Shown: positions 20,171 through 30,788 of the stretch, in pieces
How positions within the stretch are numbered: position 1 is the first letter of the stretch
Layout: every line of letters begins with the position of its first letter
Assembly: GCA_000991405.1 (NCBI GenBank)
Contig: LBRL01000002.1
Span: forward strand, 7,583 to 71,582
Source of the DNA: Candidatus Nomurabacteria bacterium GW2011_GWD2_36_14
GTDB taxonomy: Bacteria; Patescibacteriota; Minisyncoccia; Phycocordibacterales; UBA9973
DNA length: 64,000 bases
Reading direction: 5' to 3'
Notes under the pieces: generated by a model
What the model saw: only the letters and a program-made list of their open reading frames with translations
Databases searched by the model: none
What the model was told of the DNA's origin: nothing
Position numbers and translations under genes: made by a program

Positions 20171-20704
20171 TTATAAATTAATTATATTATCTAAAGTATT
20201 AGTCATATCTTTTAAATAAGAATTTAAACTTTTCATTGTTATGTAAAAAATACTGATCTGTAATATTTCCCTATTACTAATAAGAGAAATTGGTTGTTCA
20301 GAATCTTTAATTCCTTTCATTGACTCTATAAGATCATCTTTTTCTTCTCTTAAATTCCAAATTATTCCTTGAACAGAAATCATCTTATTTTTAAAGTCAA
20401 ATAATTTTTTTATTACCGAATAGTTACCTTTAGAATTTTCTTTTTCAATAAAATTTATTAGCTCATTATGAAAGTTCCTTATTAAAGGACCATCGGCTAT
20501 TTTATCACTACTTAAAAACTCAATAACCTGTATTCCTTTTTGGGTAAAAGGTAGTTTATTTCTTTCTTGTTCTACCATATTCCAATCTTGCTCAAGAGAT
20601 GAAACCTCTTTTAAGACTTCGTTTAATCTTTCTTTGTATTCAAAGAATTTAGAAGATTCAGGACTGTTATTTGTATCTTTGTTTTCCCAATTACCGTTTT
20701 CCAT
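20171..20704 (-). CDS. Hypothetical helical protein
   Basis: 177-aa ORF tightly packed in the operon; very AT-rich. Confidence 0.6.
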   Translation of the reverse strand: MENGNWENKDTNNSPESSKFFEYKERLNEVLKEVSSLEQDWNMVEQERNKLPFTQKGIQVIEFLSSDKIADGPLIRNFHNELINFIEKENSKGNYSVIKKLFDFKNKMISVQGIIWNLREEKDDLIESMKGIKDSEQPISLISNREILQISIFYITMKSLNSYLKDMTNTLDNIINL

Positions 20705-20714
20705 ATTGTAATTT

Positions 20715-21272
20715 TTAGAATTTTACTTCGACTGGATTCTTCTCGGCACTGTCAGCTTCAAGTTCGAAGAATTCTAACATTTTAAAGCCAAACATTCCGG
20801 CAATTATGTTACCAGGGAACATTTGCACTCCTGTGTTGAAGTCACGAACATTACCATTGTAGAATCGGCGTGAAGCCATAACTTTATTTTCTGTATCAGC
20901 TAATTCACTTTGCAATTGAAGAAAGTTTGTATTGGCCTTCAAATCTGGATAAGCTTCTGAAACAGCAAAAAGTGACTTAAGTGCACCAGAGAGCATGTTC
21001 TCTGCTTCCCCTTTTTCTGCTAGTGTACCAGCTTGCATTGCCTTTGAACGAGCTTCTGTAACTTTCTCGAAAGTTCCTGCTTCGTGAGTAGCATAACCCT
21101 TCACTGTGTTTACTAAGTTTGGAATCAAGTCATAACGACGCTTAAGCTGAACATCTATATCTGCCCATGCTTCTTGTGCACGAGTTTTTAATGTAACGAA
21201 ACCATTGTATTTAACAACTAAATACAAAACAAATGCGACTACTACTGCTATAACAATATATAAAATTGGCAT
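20715..21272 (-). CDS. lemA: LemA family protein
   Basis: IDVQLKRRYDLIPNLV, EAYPDLKAN, SRRFYN. Confidence 0.95.
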   Translation of the reverse strand: MPILYIVIAVVVAFVLYLVVKYNGFVTLKTRAQEAWADIDVQLKRRYDLIPNLVNTVKGYATHEAGTFEKVTEARSKAMQAGTLAEKGEAENMLSGALKSLFAVSEAYPDLKANTNFLQLQSELADTENKVMASRRFYNGNVRDFNTGVQMFPGNIIAGMFGFKMLEFFELEADSAEKNPVEVKF

Positions 21273-21281
21273 ATTATGGAT

Positions 21282-21440
21282 TAGGTTCTAGTAATTAGGT
21301 TCTAGTGACTAGAAACAATAACTAAAAACAAATTAAATTATTAAGGCGACTTTGTACAGATTCTATTATAGCACAAATGCTCCGCTGGCAAAGCCAGCGG
21401 AGCATTGTACTAATCACTAGAAACTAGCTACTAGAACCTA
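21282..21440. repeat. 31-bp imperfect inverted repeat built of CTAG-rich heptamers around the lemA promoter and a GCAAAGC-capped hairpin
   Basis: taggttctagtaattaggttctagtgactag (21282-21312) versus ctaatcactagaaactagctactagaaccta (21410-21440). Confidence 0.65.
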
Positions 21441-21495
21441 TTTCTTCCCTAAAACTTTTGAGTACAAAAGTTCGGGCGAAAATAAGTGAGTATAC

Positions 21496-22377
21496 TTATT
21501 TTTTAGCCTGCATACCTTGCACTAATACCAGCATTGGGGAAGCCAAGAAGATAGATGAATATGTTCCAAAGAACATACCAGCTGTCAGCATAAGGGCGAA
21601 TACTTTCGTACTGGCAGGACCAAAGAATACAAGAGCTAACAATGCGATGATGACAGTTGAAGACGTAGCTATTGATCGAGTATAGACTTGGTCTAGACTT
21701 CTTCCAACAGTCTCATCGAATGTCTTGAAGTGTCCTACGCGAATATTCTCTCGAATACGGTCGAAGACGACGATGGTATCTGAAACGGAAAGTCCGAGAA
21801 TTGTAAGTATAGCTACCACGAAGAGTGTGTCTACTTCTACTCCAGAGAAGTGACTAAGGACCGCAAAGACTCCTACAGGAATGATGATATCGTGGATCAA
21901 AGTAATAATAGCGATGAAACCATACTTCCAAGAAGATACGGGCTTCGAAACTTTTCTGAAAGAAAATGCAATCCAGAAGATGATTCCAAGTGACACAAGT
22001 ATGAAGGAAATTATTGACTTGCGTACAAGTTCTGCACCGACTGATGGACCGATAGAAGTAAAGCTCTTCTCAACTGCATCTTGACCTAGTGCAGTTAGTA
22101 TTTCCTTGTGTTCCTTGTCTGTAATGTCGCGAGTCTTGATACTGTAGCCCTTCTCACCTATTGGCTGTATAAGAGCTTGCCCAATAGACAAAGTCTTGAG
22201 ACTAGCATCTACGACAGTTTGCTCTGGGCGAATGGTCGTATATTCTACTTCTGTGAGAGATCCCCCTTTGAAGTCAATCCCCATGTTTAAACCGAAGTAT
22301 GCGATAGCCCCGATAGATAGAACAACTAAAGCGATTGAAATTGAAACGAATATTTTTTTGTATTTTATTATAAACAT
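21496..22377 (-). CDS. secF: Protein translocase subunit SecF
   Basis: GIDFKGG, IGPSVG, DTIVVFDRIREN. Confidence 0.96.
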   Translation of the reverse strand: MFIIKYKKIFVSISIALVVLSIGAIAYFGLNMGIDFKGGSLTEVEYTTIRPEQTVVDASLKTLSIGQALIQPIGEKGYSIKTRDITDKEHKEILTALGQDAVEKSFTSIGPSVGAELVRKSIISFILVSLGIIFWIAFSFRKVSKPVSSWKYGFIAIITLIHDIIIPVGVFAVLSHFSGVEVDTLFVVAILTILGLSVSDTIVVFDRIRENIRVGHFKTFDETVGRSLDQVYTRSIATSSTVIIALLALVFFGPASTKVFALMLTAGMFFGTYSSIFLASPMLVLVQGMQAKK

Positions 22378-22380
22378 AAA

Positions 22381-23769
22381 TTATTTTTGAGCTTTAGCAC
22401 TACTAAATCCCGACCCGAATAAAAAGTTGGTGAATCCGTTTGTTTTTTTAATATTTAAGGTATAAAGGAATATTCTTGTAATAGAAATTGCAGAAATCAA
22501 AGAGACCAATACACCAATCAAGAACACAAGTGCAAAACCTTTTATAAGGGTTGTACCAAACCAGTAAAGAATAATTGCTGTAATAATACTTGAGATATTG
22601 GAATCACGAACTGAGAGCCATGCACGCTTAAAACCATGATGCATAGAGTCAGCTACAGTGCTTCCACCTCTTAACTCTTCCTTAATACGTTCAAATATAA
22701 GCACGTTGGCATCGACAGCAATACCGAGCGAGATGATGAATCCTGCAATACCAGCCGCGGTAAGAGTCACAGGCACAAGCTTGAATATAGCGAGCATTGC
22801 AACCACATAGATAGACAATGCAACAGTAGCTATAAGTCCTGGAAGTCTGTACCAAATGATCAAGAAGAGTGCAATAGCAAGGAATCCGATAAGTGCAGCC
22901 TTCACTCCTGCAGCTGTAGCAGCGGTACCAAGTGATGGACCAATAGTTTGTGTAGAGATAAGTTCAATAGCAACAGGAAGAGCTCCAGAATTCAAACGCC
23001 CAACGAGAAGCTTGGCTTCTGTAGCTTTGAAATTACCAGATATTTGAGCTTTACCACCTGTAATAGATTCGTTGACTACAGGAATAGAAATAGGCTGACC
23101 ATCAAGGAAGATAGCAACAGTCTTGCCAACATTTTCACTAGTTATCTTTTCAAAAAGTTTTGAACCTTCTTCATTGAACTGCAGAGAAACCTTAGGCTCA
23201 CCTGTACTCTGATCAAATTCAAGAATTGCCTTGTCTAAAAAGCGACCAGTAAGCTCTGTCTTCGCATATTTGGAAGCATATTGATCAATGACGACTTTGC
23301 CATCTTTACCTACAGTAGCTTCTATGGGAGCATCTTTTATAGGATTCTCTGTACGAAAATCAAGCATAGGAGTCTCACCAATCATTGCAATAGCGCTTGA
23401 GACATCGGTCACTCCCGGAAGATCCACGATGAGACGTTGCTCGCCTTGATTAGAGAATCCTCCATCTTGTACTTGGATAGAAGGTTCTGAAACTCCGAAA
23501 ATATTGATGCGTCTTTCAATGACATCACGAAGAGAACTCATGGAGTCTCCTATCTCTGTCGCATCAATCTCTGATACGTCTGCTCTATACACTAAATGTG
23601 TACCACCCGATAGATCAAGTCCAAGCTTGAATGGATGTGTAGATAGAAAACCCTTAGGAGTAGCGTCTTTGGCAACTGCCATCTTAGCCATCTCTGATTT
23701 ATAAACAAAGAAACCAATCCCCGCGCCTAATAATAAGATAAGTAATGCTGTAATTCTTGTTTTCCACAT
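22381..23769 (-). CDS. secD: Protein translocase subunit SecD
   Basis: LGLDLSGG, GVSEP, IGPSLG, AVDANVLIFERIKEE. Confidence 0.96.
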   Translation of the reverse strand: MWKTRITALLILLLGAGIGFFVYKSEMAKMAVAKDATPKGFLSTHPFKLGLDLSGGTHLVYRADVSEIDATEIGDSMSSLRDVIERRINIFGVSEPSIQVQDGGFSNQGEQRLIVDLPGVTDVSSAIAMIGETPMLDFRTENPIKDAPIEATVGKDGKVVIDQYASKYAKTELTGRFLDKAILEFDQSTGEPKVSLQFNEEGSKLFEKITSENVGKTVAIFLDGQPISIPVVNESITGGKAQISGNFKATEAKLLVGRLNSGALPVAIELISTQTIGPSLGTAATAAGVKAALIGFLAIALFLIIWYRLPGLIATVALSIYVVAMLAIFKLVPVTLTAAGIAGFIISLGIAVDANVLIFERIKEELRGGSTVADSMHHGFKRAWLSVRDSNISSIITAIILYWFGTTLIKGFALVFLIGVLVSLISAISITRIFLYTLNIKKTNGFTNFLFGSGFSSAKAQK

Positions 23770-23811
23770 AATAGGCCTATTTTATAGCGTTTTGGTGAAA
23801 ATAGCAAGTTA

Positions 23812-24363
23812 CTATTTCACAAATTTACCCTTAAAAATAAGGTTAAAAATAGAAGCAACCATAATTCCAAAAATATAACCCAAAAGAATATCTATTGGGA
23901 AATGAATACCTGAAGCCACTCTAGCTAACCCTACTATCAAAGCGACAAATATATAAAGTACTCCAATTCTTTTGTGTATAAAAAATAGTGACGTAGCTAA
24001 AGCACCAAAGAACATAGCATGCCCTGACGGGAAGGAATCCATTCCTCCGTGCAAAAACAAGGGCTTAAGATTCTCAAAATAAATAAATGGACGAGGAGAA
24101 ACAATAAAGTGTTTTAAAACAGTGGCTATCCCCCATGCAGACAAACTGGTAATCAATACAAAAGTTATTTCTTTTAATTTATTTTTTAATTGTAAAAATG
24201 GCACGTGGTAATCAAACACTCCGTCTGTGTGGAAAAACAAAAAGACAACAGCAATAGCTATCATTATGTATCCAAAGGTCTCAGCCGAAAAAATAATCAG
24301 CCAATCACCAAAAAGTGACTGGTGGGCTAAACTAAATATTTTCAAAAAAATTATATTGTTCAT
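23812..24363 (-). CDS. PAP2-family phosphatase (undecaprenyl-diphosphatase-like)
   Basis: K..RP, SFPSGH, ARVASGIHFPID; start placed at MNNIIF outside the adjacent MITE. Confidence 0.88.
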   Translation of the reverse strand: MNNIIFLKIFSLAHQSLFGDWLIIFSAETFGYIMIAIAVVFLFFHTDGVFDYHVPFLQLKNKLKEITFVLITSLSAWGIATVLKHFIVSPRPFIYFENLKPLFLHGGMDSFPSGHAMFFGALATSLFFIHKRIGVLYIFVALIVGLARVASGIHFPIDILLGYIFGIMVASIFNLIFKGKFVK

Positions 24364-24375
24364 AAGATTTATATG

Positions 24376-24490
24376 ATCAAAAAATGAGTTTGAATACAAG
24401 GCGACGATGAGTATTGCGACTAAAATGTATAAATATACATTGCAGGAGCAAACGGAATCGGCAACGCAGTAGGCAAGCCCATTTTTTGAT
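24376..24490. mobile_element. 115-bp MITE-like element
   Basis: 17-bp terminal inverted repeats atcaaaaaatgagtttg / caagcccattttttgat (2 mismatches); no coding capacity. Confidence 0.55.
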
Positions 24491-25608
24491 TATATACCAA
24501 GAAATTCATTTCTCATATCATCCTTATGTGCAACTCTCCTGTATTTATTCATACCCATTAGAATTCCCAAGCCTATAAACTCAGTTAATAAATGTGAACC
24601 TCCGTAACTCATGAAAGGAAGCGTAATCCCCGTCACCGGCATGATGCCAATATTCATACCAATATTTACAATAAAGTGACTCATAAAGTATATGGCCAAC
24701 CCGACTCCAAAAAGAATTTCAAAGTTGGTCGCCCCCAGAAGAGCAATGTGCAAAATTCGCCAAATGATCAGTCCCAAGAATAAGAAGAGAAGTACAGCAC
24801 CGATGAAGCCCCACTCTTCGACAAAGGCGGCGAAGATGAAGTCTGTCTGGTACTCTGGCAAGAATTTAAGTCGAGATTGTGTGCCAAATCCAACACCTTT
24901 CCCTACTATCTGACCAGAACCCACAGCAATAGTTGACTGGTAGACGTTGTATCCTGAACCACGAATATCATTCATAGGGTTAACGAAGTTCATGACTCGA
25001 TCTTTCTGATAAGGTTGAAAGACAAATAGCCAAAGACAAACGAAAGCCACTACTCCGACAGAGACAACAATTAAAAAGTATTTGCGAGAAATACCAGAGA
25101 CGAGAGTCATTCCTATCCAAATGAAAAAGATAATGATAGCACTCCCAAAGTCTGGCTGTAAAAAAACGAGAAGAAAAGGTATAAATGCATAAAGGCCGGA
25201 AATGAGTATGTGCTTGAAGTTGTCTATTTCTACGTGACGACGGGAGAAATACTTGGCAAGCATAAGTATGACCACTAACTTCATCATGTCGGAAGGCTGG
25301 AAAGAAAATCCCCCAAATGAAAACCACGACTGGGCACCGTTGGAAGTATGCCCGAAAATAAACAGTAATATGAGCAAAAAAGAAAAGATTCCAAATATCG
25401 TGACTAAGACATCTGTCCTTTTTAAAAATCTAAAATCAATATAAGATAAAAAGAAAAAAACAGCAAAAGAAATCCCGATCCAAATAAGCTGATGGGAGAA
25501 GAATGGAGTAACTTCTGTAAATGACTTCATCGTTATGAGCCCAGCCAGAAGGACTGGTAGGGTAAAAACAAAAAGAAGCCAGTCAATACCTAAGCGTCGT
25601 GATTGCAT
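24490..25608 (-). CDS. rodA: SEDS peptidoglycan polymerase RodA
   Basis: GAQSW, FQPS, QPDFG, LPEYQTDFIF, LPFMSYGGS. Confidence 0.9.
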   Translation of the reverse strand: MQSRRLGIDWLLFVFTLPVLLAGLITMKSFTEVTPFFSHQLIWIGISFAVFFFLSYIDFRFLKRTDVLVTIFGIFSFLLILLFIFGHTSNGAQSWFSFGGFSFQPSDMMKLVVILMLAKYFSRRHVEIDNFKHILISGLYAFIPFLLVFLQPDFGSAIIIFFIWIGMTLVSGISRKYFLIVVSVGVVAFVCLWLFVFQPYQKDRVMNFVNPMNDIRGSGYNVYQSTIAVGSGQIVGKGVGFGTQSRLKFLPEYQTDFIFAAFVEEWGFIGAVLLFLFLGLIIWRILHIALLGATNFEILFGVGLAIYFMSHFIVNIGMNIGIMPVTGITLPFMSYGGSHLLTEFIGLGILMGMNKYRRVAHKDDMRNEFLGI

Positions 25609-25614
25609 ACAAAT

Positions 25615-26391
25615 TTAGAAAGAAACACTAAAAGGATTAATCGAGACCAGTACATCTTTGATTACAGGCTCGCCAGTCAAAGCTTCCGGCCAAGTGAAGA
25701 AGACCGTCGTATCGCTACCACTTTTGAGCCCGTCCTTTATAGTCTTCGAAGCGTTTATAGCATTGTGATCTACGTCATAAAGGATAGCTATAACCTCAAA
25801 TGAAGGTAAGTCTTGGATGGATTCATTCTTGATACGAGCAGAAAGGCTTGGGCTCTTCTTGTCTTCGCCCATTGCGATGTTGTCGACAAATACTTCTAAG
25901 TTGTTGAGTGTCGGTGCCCTCTTGGTCCAAACGAGTGGATCAGTAAACTCAAATGTAACACTTTTGACTTGTGCAACTCCGGGATCAAAGCGTGCTTCAA
26001 AGATAGCAAACTGCTTGCTGGGAGGAATGAAGGTGGTACCCTCCCTTCTACCGATCAAGCGATTGTTCACATCGTAAACTCTAAATTCATAAGATGCATT
26101 TTCTACTCCGGAATTATTATTTTGATTCTCAACGAATGCTACCAAGTTATAGATATTGCCAGTAACAGGAAAAGCTCTACTCCATAGAACTACAGGATCT
26201 GATACATCCTTCTTGCACATGAGCGAGCATGAGCCTCCACAGTCTACCCCAGTCTCGTCGCCGTTTTGCTTCAGGTCTGTACAAGTTGGCTTCGGAAAAA
26301 TTATTGGATACAAAACCCAAAAAAGAATCAAAACTATAAACAAAAGCAATCCGCCCACATATTGTAACTTTCTTTTAGTTGCCCAATTCAT
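25615..26391 (-). CDS. Membrane-anchored protein with Cys-rich CxDxxQNGDETGVDCGGxC module and Ig-like domains
   Basis: TM helix followed by the motif visible in the translation. Confidence 0.7.
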   Translation of the reverse strand: MNWATKRKLQYVGGLLLFIVLILFWVLYPIIFPKPTCTDLKQNGDETGVDCGGSCSLMCKKDVSDPVVLWSRAFPVTGNIYNLVAFVENQNNNSGVENASYEFRVYDVNNRLIGRREGTTFIPPSKQFAIFEARFDPGVAQVKSVTFEFTDPLVWTKRAPTLNNLEVFVDNIAMGEDKKSPSLSARIKNESIQDLPSFEVIAILYDVDHNAINASKTIKDGLKSGSDTTVFFTWPEALTGEPVIKDVLVSINPFSVSF

Positions 26392-26484
26392 ATGGGCGTA
26401 TTATACCATATCTAAATATATTTCTAAACAAAAATCCGCCTCAAAATGAAGCGGAAGATTTGTATGTATAATTTTTACGGTAAA

Positions 26485-26739
26485 TTACTTACTTTTTTTA
26501 AGAAGTAAATCAATTTTATTATTTTGTTGATTTATTGTATTCACAAGATTAGAATAACTTGATTCACTTGATCTGTATGTATCTACCATCATAGTACCCA
26601 ATGCAAAAACCAAACCAAGAAGAGTAATAAAAAGTACAACAATAACACCCATACTAATTATTTCAGAAAGTTTTTGTCTTTTCTTTAAATCTTCAATATC
26701 AGATTGATGCTGACCAATTTGTTTTAAATCTATTGCCAT
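26485..26739 (-). CDS. Small membrane protein with coiled coil
   Basis: Single TM; overlaps the upstream ORF by 10 bp. Confidence 0.55.
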   Translation of the reverse strand: MAIDLKQIGQHQSDIEDLKKRQKLSEIISMGVIVVLFITLLGLVFALGTMMVDTYRSSESSYSNLVNTINQQNNKIDLLLKKSK

Positions 26740-26990
26740 AATTTGTTTCTTATTGGGTCATCTGTGAATTTAGCTATAAAACTCTTTATCTCTGCAGTTC
26801 TCTTATTCACAAATACAACTAGTAAAATTCCACTGGTAGGCTGAAGAAAGTTTAGAGTAGTATCACTATTTATTGTAGGGTCGCTAATAGCATAGTGTCC
26901 AGGCATTTTAACCCAATCACCAATACCAGTAGTTCCATTCAATTCAATTAATATATCAGATATTGTTATATTAGGGGGTGGTATATTCAT
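26730..26990 (-). CDS. Hypothetical protein
   Basis: 86-aa ORF with TATAAT just upstream of the ATG. Confidence 0.55.
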   Translation of the reverse strand: MNIPPPNITISDILIELNGTTGIGDWVKMPGHYAISDPTINSDTTLNFLQPTSGILLVVFVNKRTAEIKSFIAKFTDDPIRNKLWQ

Positions 26991-27312
26991 ACTTATTATA
27001 ATATCAAATTTACGATAAAAATGATATGTCTACCATTGTTTATTTATTTCTGAACATCACAACAAACTATAATATATAAATATTTATATATTATAGTTAA
27101 ATTCTTTGTTCTGGTGTGAAGTCGGGACGGGACCCGACTGCAAGGCCGGAGGCAGGCGTGCCGAGGCGGGGTCGCGGAAATTTTCAGTAGAAAATTATCC
27201 GTGTAAACCTACTTTGTAATTCTCTGGGGGTTATCGCCAGAATATCAATTCTGGCGAAAAGAAAAACTACTACGTTTTTAATGTAGTAGTTTTTCTTTTA
27301 GTTAAATTCTTT

Positions 27313-27423
27313 GTTCTGGCGACAACCTACTTTCCCCATAAAAGAGTATCATCGGCATAACGGTGCTTAACTTCTGTGTTCGGAATGAGAACAGGTGTGA
27401 CCACCATATCGAATCACCAGAAC
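27313..27423 (-). rRNA. rrf: 5S rRNA
   Basis: Reverse complement contains CACCTGTTCTCATTCCGAACACAGAAGTTAAGC...GCCGATGATAC...GGGAAAGTAGGT with complementary ends. Confidence 0.93.
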
Positions 27424-27862
27424 AAAAGATTCAACTAATTTTCAAATATTTTGCTGGAATTTTTGCTTGGCAAAAATTCCAGACATGATACCTGAAAACT
27501 GAATACTGTAGAACACTCGCCTTTTCGGCGAGTCGCCGATAAGGCGACAACAACAATGATTTTCACATTTCCTAATAGGAATCGAACGATTAGTACACCT
27601 CGGCTAAAGACATTACTGTCTGTACACCTAGTGCCTATCAACCTAATCATCTCTTAGGTTTCTCAAACGATTCCTCATCTTGAAGTTGGCTTCGTTCTTA
27701 GATGCTTTCAGAACTTATCCATTCCCGACATAGCTACTGGGCAGTCCACTTGGCAGTAGAGCCCACACACCAGAGGTCAGTCCACTCCGGTCCTCTCGTA
27801 CTAAGAGCAGATCTTCTCAAGAATCAACGCCTGCAGTAGATAGGAGACCAACCTGTCTCACG

Positions 27863-28269
27863 CATCTATATTTTACTTCCTAAAACTTTTGTAAACAAAA
27901 GTTCGGACGATCATTTTTTACTAAAAATGATTTAGTCTCTTCATTTTTGCGCGTTTAAATACAAAAATGGGAACCACAATTACTTGTGGGATTGGACTAT
28001 AACTTTCTCTTTTGATTTCTCAAAAAATATTTCACATTTAGTCTCTACGGGTGCTTACGCTTCCCTCGGTATTATCCTCTTTTATAAAAGTAGGACTTCA
28101 CCGATATAAGTGAAATTCTCCCCGTCGTTTTATTGGCGGGGCCGCCGTGATATACACAACTGTGTATAGCGGTCTTAATCTCAGATTAAAACATTGAAAG
28201 AAATATACGAGATTTCTTTACTTTCCTCGACGGTTCAAACTGTTAAAATCACAATCGTTTATGATCTTA
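27863..28269 (-). ncRNA. Group I intron, 407 nt, at the E. coli-equivalent 23S position 2593, without homing endonuclease ORF
   Basis: Interrupts AAACCGU^CGUGAGAC; 5' exon ends in U and intron ends in G; core elements UAUCGGUGAA, AAUACCGAG, CCGUAGAGACUA and AAGUUAUAGUCC present. Confidence 0.88.
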
Positions 28270-28584
28270 ACGGTTTGAACCCAGCTCGCGTACCTTTTTA
28301 ATTAGCGAACAGCTAAACCCTTGGCAGCTTCTCCACCACCAGGATAAGGTGAGCCGACATCGAGGTGCCGAACTCCGCCGTCGATATGAACTCTTAGGCG
28401 GAACTAGCCTGTTATCCCTAGAGTAGCTTTTATCCGTTAATCTTCATCCGCATCTAATGCGAAATGTCGGTTCACTATGTTCTACTTTCGTATCTGCTCG
28501 ACATGTACGTCTTACAGTTAAGCTAGCTTGTGCCATTACACTATCGGCACGGTTTCCATTCGCGCCTAGCTAACCTTAATAAAC

Positions 28585-28625
<41 letters not shown>

Positions 28626-28928
28626 ACCCACCAGATACTGTCTCTCTAAGTTTTTGCCTTAGAGATTAGAGCATATTATTGTAAAGAATGGTATTTCACT
28701 GACGAGTAGATCAGAGCCGAGACCCTAACCATCAAACCTCTCCCATCTATGCTACGCATTAAAACAATATACTCAATATCAAGCTGCAGTAAAGCTTCTA
28801 GGGTCTTTTCGTCTATCTGCAGGTAACCGGCATCTTCACCGGTATTGTATTTTCACCGAGCAGGTCTTCGAGACAGTTCTCCAGTCATTACACCATTCGT
28901 GCGCGTCGGAACTTACCCGACAAGGTAC

Positions 28929-28969
<41 letters not shown>

Positions 28970-29784
28970 CAGGGCTTATATCAGCCAGCACACAATCTTG
29001 CGACCATGCACCACCGATATTTGACCTTCTGGCATTGGTCAGGTGTCACCCCCTATACATCCTCTTGCGAGTTCGCAGGGAGCTGTGTTTTTGATAAACA
29101 GTTGCCAGAGATACTTTCGCTGCGGCCAAACTTAATAAATTAAGAATGGCAAGCCTTATTCCAAAGTTACGGCTGCTTTTTTGCCGAGTTCCTTGAAGAC
29201 CTCTCACTCGTTCGCCTTGGTCTACTCGACCTGATCACCTGTGTCGGTTTGCGGTACGGATTCTATTGCATTAACCTTAGATACTTTTCTTGGAAGCGTG
29301 CTTTATAAAATCTACAGAGGCGAACCCCTATATTTAAGTTTTGCTTGGATGTTACTTTTACGTCATCTCCCGGATTTTCCTAAGAGACATCCTTACTAAC
29401 ATACTCAAATCCAATAATGAGCTTTATATACTACACTCCGTCCTATCATCGGATACAACAGAAGTCATGGAATATTAACCATGTGCCCATCGGGTGCGGC
29501 TTTCGCCATCCCCTTAGGACCGACTAACCCTGGGATGATAATCATTGCCCAGGAAACCTTGATCTTTCGGCGGGTAGGGATCTCACCTACCTTGCGGTTA
29601 CTTGTGCCAACATTCTTACTTCCACACGCTCCACCATGAGTCACCTCTTTGGCTTCGACGCTGAGTGGAATACTCTCCTACCGCTCCCGATTTTAAAAAA
29701 TTGGAAGCCCTCAATTTCGGTAATATACTTAGCCCCGATTATTTTCGGTGCGAAATCTCTTAGTGAGTGAGCTGTTACGCTTTC

Positions 29785-29816
<32 letters not shown>

Positions 29817-30400
29817 TCACTGTCAGAGAAATTTCACCTCCTTCATACGCACTTAGTATATATTTAGGGACCTTAATTAGAGATCTGGGCTGTTTCCCTT
29901 TTGGCTGATGGAGCTTCGCCCCCATAGCCTAACTGCTGTGCTTTTAGCTCTTGGTATTCGGAGTTTGATAGATGTCGCGAGATTGCTCCCTGTCGAAATC
30001 TTCCAGTGCTCTACCCCCAAGAGGAACACACAACGCTAGCCCTAAAGCTATTTCGGAGAGAACCAGCTATTACGAGGTTCGATTAGCTTTTCACTCCTTA
30101 CCACAAGTCATCCGAGACTATTGCACGGGTCACCGGTTCGGACCTCCATCTATCTTTCGACAAACTTCATCCTGCTCATGGCAAGCTCACCTCGCTTCGG
30201 GTCTTATCTAGACTACATTAATTGTTCGCGCTATTAACACTCGGTTTCCCTAAGGCTCCACTGTTCTAACAGCTTAGCCTGCAGCATAGATAAACTCGTT
30301 GGCTCATTCTTCAATAGGCACGCCGTGACGGATCGTATAAATACGTCCGCTCCGACTCCTTGTAAGTATATGGTTTCAGGTCTATTTCACTCCCCTCATC

Positions 30401-30443
<43 letters not shown>

Positions 30444-30651
30444 ATCTAAAAAAGTATTTAGCCTTACCAGTTAGTTCTGGTGGATTCGCTCAAGCTATTC
30501 ATGTCTTGAGTTACTCAAGAATGACAATCAAGAAGGTATGAAATTTTCGATCACCGGGCTATCACCGTCTACGGCACTCCTTTCCAGAAGTTTAATCTAA
30601 TAACATACTTTGTAACTTCTCTAGATAAATCTACATTGTCACCTTACAACC

Positions 30652-30788
30652 CCCGCACACTTACTTTACCATCGTTCTGTTTTTTCAAAACAAAATTTCA
30701 TTATTTTATTATTCTAAATTAACAATATTATTTTTAGTAATACAATTAAAACAGAACAAAAAAAACAATGGCAAAGTAAGTGTGCGGG
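30652..30788. repeat. 137-bp AT-rich hairpin insertion (IVS/MITE-like) in 23S domain I
   Basis: 21-bp terminal inverted repeat cccgcacacttactttaccat / atggcaaagtaagtgtgcggg between the conserved ACAACCC and TTTGGGCT rRNA blocks. Confidence 0.75.

Noticed and set aside
27863-28269. Homing endonuclease in the intron
   Set aside because: The intron is only 407 nt, with no long ORF or LAGLIDADG motif visible.
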